This document shows positions 1 through 10,200 of a stretch of 64,000 bases of DNA, piece by piece. Source of the DNA: an uncultured Acidobacteriota bacterium. Lineage in GTDB: Bacteria > Acidobacteriota > Thermoanaerobaculia > Multivoradales > SZUA-115. Made by a program: the position numbers and the translations under genes. The stretch lies in the NCBI GenBank assembly GCA_963805975.1, contig CAWDVR010000001.1, positions 1,120,001 to 1,184,000 on the forward strand, given 5' to 3'. The notes under the pieces are model-generated. The model did not search any database. It saw only the letters and a program-made list of their open reading frames with translations, and had not been told where the DNA came from. How positions within the stretch are numbered: the first letter of the stretch is position 1; every line of letters begins with the position of its first letter.

Positions 1-1205
1 ATCGAACAGCGCCCGGTCGTAGATCCACAGGCCGCGCAGCCCGTCGCCCTCCGGCCAGACGTGGAGCTCGAGGTCGAACCGCGTCCAGCGCACCTCAGGG
101 ACCACCCGCGAGATCGCCACCTCCGCCGCCGGCAGCGTCGGGCTGGGCGGCATCTGGTACGCGAACACCACCTGGAAGAACGGGTTGCGGGAGAGGCTGC
201 GAGCCGGGGCCAGCTCCTCGACCAGCTTGTCGAAGCCGAGATCCTGGTGGGCGTAGGCGCCGAGGGCGGCGGACTTCACCCGCTCGATGAGTCGGCTGAA
301 CGTGGGCTCACCGGTGAGATCGCCCACCATCACCAGGCTGTTGACGAAGAGACCGATCAGGTCCTCGATCTCGAGCCGGTCGCGCCCCGCGACCGGCGAA
401 CCGACCGCCACTCGCTCCTGCCCGCCGGCCCGCGCCAGCCAGGCGAGGAAGGCCGCGAGGAGGGTCATCGCCGGCGTCGCGCCGGCGCGCCGCCCGAGGG
501 CGCGGAGGGGGCCGAAGAGGTCCGGCGGCAGATCGGCGTCACAGCTCGCGCCCTGGTACGCGGGATGCGTCGGCCGCGCCCGGTCGGTCGCGAGACCGAG
601 CGGCGGCAGCTCGCCGAGCGCCTGGCGCCAGAACTCGAGGTGGGGAGCGATCGCCTCCCCGTGCTGCCATTGCCGCTGCCAGACCGCGTAGTCGGCATAG
701 CGGGCCGGCAGCTCGGCGAGACGCGGCGGACGGCCTTCGCAGCCCGCGGCGTAGAGCTCCGCGATCTCGCGGTGCAGGATGGCGAGAGAGGTGCCGTCCG
801 AGACGATGTGGTGGTGGGTGAGGAGGAGATGATGCTCGCTCGCCCCGAGGCGGAGCAGCCACGGCCGGAAGAGGGGGCCTCGCACAAGGTCGAAAGACCG
901 CTCCGCCTCCTGACGGGCGAGCTGGCGCGCCGCTGCCAGGCGCTTGCCCCCAGCGAGCCCGGCGAGATCGACGACCGGCAGGTCCAGGTGGCCGGGCGAC
1001 TGCACCACTTGGGCGGGCCGGCCGCCGGGGGCCGGGAAGACCGTGCGCAGGACATCGTGGCGGCGGACGATCTCCCGCAGAGCCAGGCCGAGCCCCCGCG
1101 GATCCAGCTCGCCCTGCAGCTCGAGGGCGAACGGGGTGTTGTAGAACGGGTTGTCCGGCACCAGCTGCTGCAGGAACCACAGGCGCTGCTGGGCGAACGA
1201 AAGGG
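1..1205 (-). other. NRPS module 4 condensation domain (LCL-type), continues out of window
   Basis: PLSFAQQRLWFLQQLVPDNPFYN..RHDVLRT..THHHIVSDGTS..IGLFVNSLVM..NPFFQV. Confidence 0.85.
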
Positions 1206-4200
1206 GGGCCGCGGCACCATGGCTCGCCGGACCGGCGAGGCCAGCCACCAGCGGTGGCGGCGGTGATCCATGATCGCGGGCGAGGGCCGCCTGGAGGCAG
1301 CGGGCGACCCCGGCGACCGTCGGCGCCGCGAACACGTCGGCGAGCGGCAGCTCGACCTGGAAGACGTCGCGCAAGCGGGCGAGGGCGCGGGCGAAGAGCA
1401 GCGAATGGGCCCCGAGGTCGAAGAAGTCGTCGGCGACGCCGAGCCGGGAGACGCCGAGGGTCTCGCTCCAGATCTCGACCAGGATCTCCTCGAGGCCGCT
1501 CCTGGGAGCGAGGAGGCCGGCCGCCGGCCGCTCAGCGGCGTCTTGCCGCGCGGAGCTGCCGGCGCGGAACACCTCTGCGGTCCGCAGCGCCAGGGCGGTG
1601 CGGTCCACCTTGCCGTGGCGGGTGAGCGGCAGAGCGTCGAGGAAGACGAAGAACGAAGGCACCAGGTGGGCGGGCAGCAGGCGTCCGAGGCGCCGGCGGA
1701 GGAGGGCGGCGTCGAGCTCGTCCTCCGAGCCCGGCGCGCGCACCACATAGGCCACGAGATGGCGGTCCTCGTCCGCCATCTCGTGCACCACCACTGCCGC
1801 TTGCGCGACACCCGGCTGGGCCGCCAGGGTCACCTCGACCTCGCCCGGCTCGACGCGGAAGCCGCGGACCTTCACCTGCTGGTCGAGCCGGCCGAGGAAC
1901 TCCAAGGTGCCGTCGGCGCGGAAGCGGGCGCGGTCGCCGCTGCGATAGAGCCGGCCGGGACCCAGAGGGTCGGGCACGAAACGCTCCGCCGTCCAGCCGG
2001 GCCGGGCGAAGTAGCCGCGGGCGAGGCCGCTTCCGCCGATGCACAGCTCGCCGGGAACGCCGATCGGCACCGGGCGGCCACGGCGGTCGAGCAGCACGAC
2101 GCGGGTATCGCCGATCGGCCGGCCGATCGGGATGGGCTGGTCGGGGTCGCCCCCGCCCGGTCCCGTCATCGCGTGACAGGCGGCGAAGGTGGTGCTCTCG
2201 GTCGGGCCGTAGCCGTTGACCAGCCGGGTGCCCGGCAGAGCCGCGAGGGCGGCTCGCACGTGCGCGGGCGAAAGCACGTCGCCGCCCGCCAGAAGCTCCT
2301 CGACGCCCGCCAGGGCCGGCAGCTCCGAGTCGACCATCTGGTGAAAGAGCCCCGCGGTCAGCCACAGGCGGTTGACCCGGTGCCGCACGATCGCCGCCCC
2401 GATCTCGGCGAGGGACAGCCGGCCGGCCGGCGGCAGCACCAGCCGGCCGCCTTGCAGCAAGGTACCCCAGATCTCCAGGGTGGCGGCGTCGAAGGCGGTC
2501 GGCGCGAGCTGCAGGAAGACGGCCCGGGAGGAGAGCGTCATGAACCCGCCGTGCCGCACCAGCCGCACCACGCCGCGATGGGGCACGGCGACCCCCTTGG
2601 GCTCGCCGGTCGAGCCGGATGTGAACATCACGTAGGCGAGGTGATCCTCCGTCGTCGCCGTGACCGGCGGCGTGCCGGGCTGCCTGGCGAGGAGCGGATC
2701 GTCGAGGTCGACGTGCGGGCCGTGATCCGCGATGGCCAGGTCCGCGCCGGCAGTCAGACGCGCGGACCTCTCGCCGAGCACGAGCCCGCCCGGCGGTACG
2801 ACGAGGCGGAGCATGCGAGCGAGGCGCTCCGGCGGGGAGGCGGGATCGAGGGGCACGTAGGCGCCACCCGCCGCGACGACGCCGAGGAAAGCGGTGATCG
2901 CGGCGGGCGATCGCTCGCGGCAGACCGCGACCGGCGTGTCCGGGCCGACGCCGAGCTGCCGCAGGCGGTGGGCGAGCCGGTGGGCGCGTAGCGCGAGGCC
3001 CTGGTAGCTCAGCAGCTCGCCTTCGCCGTCCACGGCGATGGCTTCCGGCCGTGCCGCCGCCTGCTCGGCAAACAGCTCGTGGAGGGTGCCCGCGACGGGC
3101 TGGGAGGGGGCCTTGTCGCTCCACTCGAGGGTCAGCTGCTGGCGCTCGGCGGCCGACAAGGGCAGGAGACGATCGGGCTCGGCGAGCGGCCGGGACACCA
3201 TCTCGGCCAGGGCCGCGACGTGGTAGCCCAGCCAGCGGGCGATCGCCGTCGCCTCGAACCGGCCGGCGTCGTAGCGCAGGTCGAGGACGATCTCGCCGCT
3301 CGTCGGGTCGAGGTGGACGTTGACGATCAGCGGCAGGTCGGTCGCTTCGTGGAACACCCCGCCGCGGATCCCGATGCCGCTGCCGGCAAGCTCCCGGTAG
3401 ACGTGGAAGTGGACGAAGTTGAACGCCACGCCGAACAGCGGGCGGCCACGGAGGCGGCGCAGTTCGGCGAGCGGGAAGCGGCGATGCGGGTGCTGCTCGC
3501 GCTCGGCTGCGGCGCAGCGCCGGACGAGGTCCAGCCAGGTGTCTCGCCCGGCCTCGAGGTGGAGCGAGGTCTCGACCTGGAACGGCAGGGTGTTGAGGAA
3601 GAGGCCGAGGACGCGGTCGCCGTCCGTGGTCTCCTGCCGGCCGTTCCACACCAGACCGGTGGTCGGACGGGAGGTGCCGCAGAGGGTGGCGAGGGCCTGC
3701 AGGTGGGCTGCCAGGAGGACGCTCTTGACCGGCGCTCCGGCCCGGGCGGCGACTGCCGGCACACCTGCCGCGACCGTCGCGGGGAGCGACCGGCGCAGCT
3801 GGCGCACGGCGGGTGGCCGCGACCGCTCCCGCGCGGCGAGCCCCCACGCGGTGAGACTGGGCAGCTCGGCCGGCTCGTCGGCGGTCGCGGCCAGCCAGAA
3901 GCGCCGGCTCGCGGTGGCGGCGAGGCTGCGGCCCTCGAGAGCGACGTAATCGCGGAAAGTGGCTCGCGGCGGTGCCGGCGCCAGCGAGCTCGCCCCGGTC
4001 GCCAGGGCCGACCAGGTGGCGAGCAGCTCGGTGAGCAGCGAGGCGACGCTCCAGCCGTCGAGGATCACGTGATGGAAGCTCAAGGCGAGCTGGAGGCAGG
4101 TAGCGCTGCGCAAGTGGACGTGGCAGCGCAGGAGCGGCGGCCGGCCGAGATCGAAGGGGCGCGCCTTCTCTCGCTCCACCCAGGCCAGGACGGCGGCCGT

Positions 4201-7200
4201 CTGGTCCGCAGGAGCGAGCCGCCGGAGGTCGGTCACCGCGAACGGCATGCGCGCCCGGCTGTGCACCCGTTGCAGCGGCTCGGCGAAGCGCGCGAGGTCG
4301 AACGAGCTGCGCAGCACCGCGTGGCGCTCGACGATCCGCTCCCAGGCCAGCACCAGCGCCGCGAGGGAGAGGCCTTCGACCGCGATCTCGTAGCTGAAGA
4401 CGTCGTGGTAGAGGCCGAGCCCGGGCGCGTCACCCGCCTTCGCCACCATTCCCCACTGCAAGCGAGTCAGGGGATAGGCGTCCTCGACGTCGCCTGGCAG
4501 GACGCGGCGCTCGGCGGCGCTCAGCAGAGCGAAGGGCAGACTGGGCTCCTCCTCGTGGGTGCCCCCGCCGGCCAGGCGCGCCAGCTCGCGCACGACGGGA
4601 TGCCGGAAGAGGTCTGCGACGGTGAAGGAGAGGCCGCGAGCCGCGGCGCGGGAACGTACCTGCAGGCTGTGGATCGAGTCCCCACCGAGGTCGAAGAAGC
4701 TGTCGCCAGCGCTCACCCGAGCCCGGCCCAGCACTTCGCCGAAGATCGCCGCGAGAGTTTCCTCGGCCTCGTTCGCGGCCGGCACGAAGGGCCGCTCGGC
4801 GGGCAGCTCTGATATGAGGGCGGGAGCCTGGCGGACGAGCGCTGCGCGATCGACCTTGCCGTGCAGGGTGAGGGGCAGGGCTGCGACCGCCAGGTAGGCG
4901 GCCGGCAGCATGGCCTCCGGCAGCAGGCGGCGCAGCGCCGCCCGCAGCTCGCTGGCCGGCGCTGCCGGGCCCGGCGCCTGGGGCACCACGAAGGCGATGA
5001 GCTGACTGCCGCTCTCCGCATGCGGGAGAGCGATCACCACCGCCTCGCCCACTCCCGGCTGCCGGCGCAGGGCGGCTTCGATCTCGCCGAGCTCGATGCG
5101 GTGGCCTCGAACCTTGACCTGGTTGTCACGCCGGCCGAGGTAGAGGAGGCTGCCGTCCGGGCGGTGGCGGGCGAGGTCGCCGCTGCGGTAGAGCCGCTCT
5201 CCGGGCAGGCCGGCGTGGCCATGGGGACGGAAGCGTGCGGCCGTCTCGGCGGGCCGGCCCCAATAACCGCGGGCGAGCCCGGCGCCACCGACCCAGATCT
5301 CCCCCGGTGTCCCGATCGGCACCGGCTCGCCCCGGCCGTCGAGGAGGTGGACCTCGAGGTCGGCGAGCGGGCGGCCGATCGGGCTGCCGCCGCCCGCGTG
5401 GAGCGGCTCGAGGGTCACGTGGACGGTGGTCTCGGTGATCCCATAGAGATTGAGCAGCCGGGGACGGGCGGTGCCGAAGCGGTCGAACCAGCTCGCCAGC
5501 GATCCGGCATCGAGCGCCTCGCCGCCGAAGATCACCCGCCGCAGCCGCCCGCTGCCCGCCGCCGCCGCGACGGCTACCTCCTGCAGGCCGCGGAAGGCGG
5601 AGGGCGTCTGGTTGAGCACCGTCACGCCCTCGCGCAGCAGCAAGCCGTGCAGCTCGTCCGGCACCCGGCCGACCGCCGGGGGCACCAAGACCAGCCGCCC
5701 GCCGTGGGCGAGCGGCCCCCAGATCTCCCACACCGAGAAGTCGAAAGTGTGGGCGTGGAACAGGCACCAGACGTCGTCCGGCCCGAACCCCACACCGTCG
5801 CGGGTGACGGCGAAGAGGCGCAGCAGATTGTGGTGGGAGACCGCCACCGCCTTCGGCCGGCCGGTCGAGCCCGAGGTGAAGATCACGTAGGCGATCTGCT
5901 CGCCGAGGATCGGCGGCGCCGCGAGCGCCTCCCCTGTCGTGCCCGCTGGGTCGTAGCCGTCGAGATCGATCGGCTCGACTCCCGGCGGTGGCTCGAGCGG
6001 CGAGGAGCCGTGGACGAGGAGGAGCGTGGCGCCCACCTCGCGCAGCATGCGGTGGGAGCGCTCCGGCGGGTGGGCCGGGTCGAGGGGAAGGTAGAAGCCG
6101 CCAGCCTCGAGGACGGCGAGGATCGCGACGATCAGAGCGGGCGAGCGCTCGAGCCCGAGGCCGACGGGCGTCTCCGTGGTCACCCCCAGCGCGCGGAGCC
6201 GGCGGGCGAGGTGGCTCGCCCGGCGTCGCAGCTCGCCGTAGGAGATCTGCTCGGCCCCGCCACCCAGCGCGCCGCCGACCAGGGCTACGGCATCCGGCTG
6301 CCGCTCCGCCACCCGGGCGAAGAGCTGGTGGATCGCCGTCACCGAGTCCGCGTCCCGAGCGCGCACCGCCGGGTTCCACTCGTGGAGGACCTGCTGCCGT
6401 TCGGCCGCGCTCCAGGGTAGGAAGCGCTCGTGCCTGGCCGCCGGGTCCGCCGCCATCGCCGCCAGGGTCCGCCGGTAGCACGCCGACCAGCGCTCGATCT
6501 CCGTGTCGTCGAACCGGCGGCGATCGTGAGCGAGGAAGAGCCCCGCCTGCCGGCCGTCGGGCTCGAGATGGAAGTTGAGCAGCAGGGGTAGATCAGTCGC
6601 CTCGACGAAACGACTGTCCAGGATCGCCAGCTCGCCCTCGTGCCGCGCGAGGTCGCGGTAGACGTAGTAGTGGAAGAAGTTGAACGCAGTGTCGAAGAGC
6701 GGCTGGCCGTCCCGCAGGCGGCGTATCTCGGCCATCGGATAGCGGCGGTGGGGCAGCACCTCGCGCTCGTGCGCGAGGGTTCGCCGGACGAGGTCCACCC
6801 AGCTGCCGGCCGAGAGGGACAACCGGAAAGGGACCGTGTTGAGGAAGAGGCCGAGAATGCGGTCGCCGTCCTCCTCCTCCGGACGGCCGTGAAGCACCAA
6901 CCCGGTGGTCACCCGCCCAGCGCCGCAGAGCCGGCCGAGGACCGCGAGGTGGGCGGCGAGGAGGACACTCTTGAGAGGCGCCTCCGCCTGGGCGGCGAGG
7001 CGGCGCAGGCCGGCGGTGATCTCCGGCGAGAAGGCGAGCGAACGCTGCTCGACCTCGCGTGGAGCGGCCGCTACCGGCGCAGTCCCGCCGGCCAGCCAGG
7101 GCGGAGCCTCGTCGGTCTCTCCCTGCCAGAAGACGCGGTGCTCCCCGGCGGCCAGAACCGCCTGCTCGAGGGCGACGAAATCCCGAAAGTGACCCTGCGG

Positions 7201-10200
7201 CGCGGCCGGCAGGGCTGCTAGCTCGTCCTGCCGGGCAAGATAGGTGGCGAGAAGCTCGGTGACCAGGGACGCCAGGCTCCAGCCGTCGAGGATGGCGTGA
7301 TGGAAGCTCAGAGTGAGCTGGAAACGGCCGTCTCCCCGCGGGTGCGCCTGGCAGCGCAGGAGGGGCGGCCGCGCGAGGTCGAACGGCCGTCGTTTCTCGC
7401 TCGCGATGGCAGCCGCGATCGCACTTTCCTGGGCGATGGCCGGCAGGCCACGCAGGTCGGTCACCGCCAGGGGCACCACGGCACGCCAGTGCACCCGTTG
7501 CAGCGGCTCGCCGAAGCTCCCGAGGTCGAAGGAGGTCCGCAGGGTCGGATGCCGGCGGACGACGACTTCGAGGCTCCGTCGCAGCCGCCGGGCATCGAAG
7601 TCGCCGCGCAGATGGTAGGTGAAGACGTCGTGGTAGAGGCCGGCCTCGCCCTCCGCCTCGCCGTGAAAGAGCATGCCGGCCTGGAGCCGGGTCAGGGGAT
7701 AGGCGTCCTCGACATCGGCCGGAAGTCGTTGCCGGACCTCGGCCGGGACGAGCGCGAAGGGCCTCGGGCGAGGGACGGTACCGCCAGGAACCGCCTCGCC
7801 CGCCAGCTGGGCGAGATCCGCGATCACCGGATGGCGGAAGATCTGCTCCAGGGTGAGCGCGAGCCCGACCGCCGCGGCGCGCGCGCGGATCTGCAGGCCG
7901 CGGATCGAGTCCCCACCGAGATCGAAGAAGCTGTCGAGGACGCCCACCTCCCGGTGCCCCAGGACCGCCGCGAAGATCTCCGCCAGCCGCTTCTCGGCCG
8001 GCGTTTCCGGCGCCTGGTACGGCCGGCCCCGGCGGGCTGCCGCATGAGCCTCGCCGCCACGGAGCGCATGGTGGGCGAGGGCGGCACGGTCGAGCTTGCC
8101 ATTCACCGTCAGCGGCATGGCGGCCAGCACCACGAAGCTCGCCGGGATCATCGACGGCGGCAGGATCGCGGCGAGGTGGCGGCGCAGGGCCGGAGCGCTG
8201 AGGGCCGGATTCAAGATGCCGGAGGACGCTCCGGACGCCGGGTCCGCCGGTGTCACGACCGCGACGAGCCGGGCCGGCTCGTCGCGGTCCCGGTGGACCA
8301 GGACGGCGGCTTCCCCGACCGCCGGGCAGCGGGCGAGGGCGGCCTCGACCTCGCCGGTCTCGATGCGGAAGCCGCGGATCTTCACCTGCTGGTCGGTGCG
8401 GCCGAGGTACTCCAGACGGCCATCCGCCCGGCGGCGGGCGAGGTCGCCGCTGCGGTAGAGCCGGGCGCCGGCGTCCCGACTCCAGGGATGGGGCAGGAAG
8501 CGGCTGGCGGACTCGGCGGGCCGCTGCCAATAGCCACGGGCGAGCCCGGCGCCCCCGACGTGGATCTCCCCGGTGACCCCCAACCCTACCGGCTCGCCGC
8601 GGCGATCGAGGAGGTAGGTCTCCCAGGCCGGCAGGGGCCGGCCGATCGGACTCGCCGGGGAGCAGCTCTCTATCTCCGGGCGGCCGATCCGCTGGCAGGT
8701 CACGTGGACCGTGGTCTCGGTGATGCCGTAGAGATTGAAGAGCCGCGGCTCACGATCGCCGAAGCGCTCGATCCATGGCCGCAGGCTTTCTGGCGTCAGG
8801 GCCTCGCCGCCGAAGACGATCTGCCGGAGCGGCGGCTGGGCCGGAGCCGTGAGGGCCACGTCTTGGTAGCTGCGAAACGCCGACGGGGTCTGGCTGAGCA
8901 CCGTCACTCTTTCGCGCGTGAGCAGCCCGTGGAGCTCCTCCGGCTCGCGGCTCACCCAATAGGGGACCACGACGAGCCGGCCCCCCTGCGCGAGCGCTCC
9001 CCAGAGCTCCCACACCGAGAAGTCGAAGCTCATCGCATGGAAGAAGCTCCAGACGTCGTCGCGACCGAAGCCCACGTGGGCCTGGGACTCCGCCAAGAGG
9101 CGGACGACGCTCGCGTGGGTGACCGCGACGCCCTTGGGCCAGCCCGTCGAGCCCGAGGTGTAGAGCAGGTAGGCGAGTCGCTGCGGCAGCTCCGGCGTCA
9201 GGTCCCAGGGCTGGGCCGCGGTGGCGATCACCGGTTCGCGGCCCAGCTCCGGCGCCAGGTCCATGGGGAAGGAGCCGTCCGTCACCAGCGCGACCGGCGC
9301 GGCGTCGGCGAGCACCCACGCCAGGCGCTCGCGGGGCAGCTCGGGGTCGAGAGGCACGTAGAAACCGCCAGCGGCGAGGATGCCGAGGATCCCCGCCACC
9401 ATCTCTTCGCCGCGGCCAGCGCAGAGGGCAACCGCTTTCTCCTCCGCCACGCCTGCAGCGCGGAGCCGGCCGGCGAGGTTCCAGGCCTGCCGTGCGAGCT
9501 CGCCGTAGCTCAGCTGGCGGCCGTCGCAGACGACGGCCACGGCATCCGGTCGCTCGCTCACCCGGGCCGCGAAAAGCGCATCGAGAGTCCCTCCCGCGGT
9601 GGAGCTGCCCGGCTCGTGCTCCTCGTGGATGAGCTGGTGCCGCTCGGCGCGCGCCATGAGCGGCAGGCTCCCCACGGCCTGGCTCGGGTCCGCCACCACG
9701 CCCGCGAGGAGCCTCTCGAGCTGTCGCGCCCAGCGCTCGATCGTGGTGTGGTCGAAGAGGTCGCTGCGATACTCGAAGACCAAGCGGAGACCGTCCCCGA
9801 TCCGCGCCGTCTGCACGACGAGATCGAAGGGGCTGTGGTCGCGCGGCAGGATGTCCCCCTCCATGCGCACCTCGCCGTCCGCACCAGGACGCAGGAGGCG
9901 ATGCTGCACCATCACCACAGAGTAGAGGTTGGCGAGGGCCGAGATCCCTGGGCGGGCAATCAGCCCGCCGACCAGCTCGTTGGGAAAGTCCTGATGCCGG
10001 GCGAGGGCCGCGACGGCCGTGCTCAGTCGCCCGAGACTGTCCAGGAAGGGCTGGCCGGCGGACCAGTGAGTCGGCAGAGGCAGCGTGTTGGCGAAGTAGC
10101 CCAAGACGCGCTCGTGGAGCCCCTCGGGATGGGAGCGGCCGTGGAAAGGCACTCCGAGAATTACTTCGCGCTCGCCTGAAACACGGTGGAGAAACGCCGC

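Noticed and set aside
790-820. HHHIVSDG in C4 as a nocardicin-type beta-lactam-forming motif
   Set aside because: The domain is otherwise LCL-like and the upstream module is Val-type, not Ser, so the chemistry does not fit.
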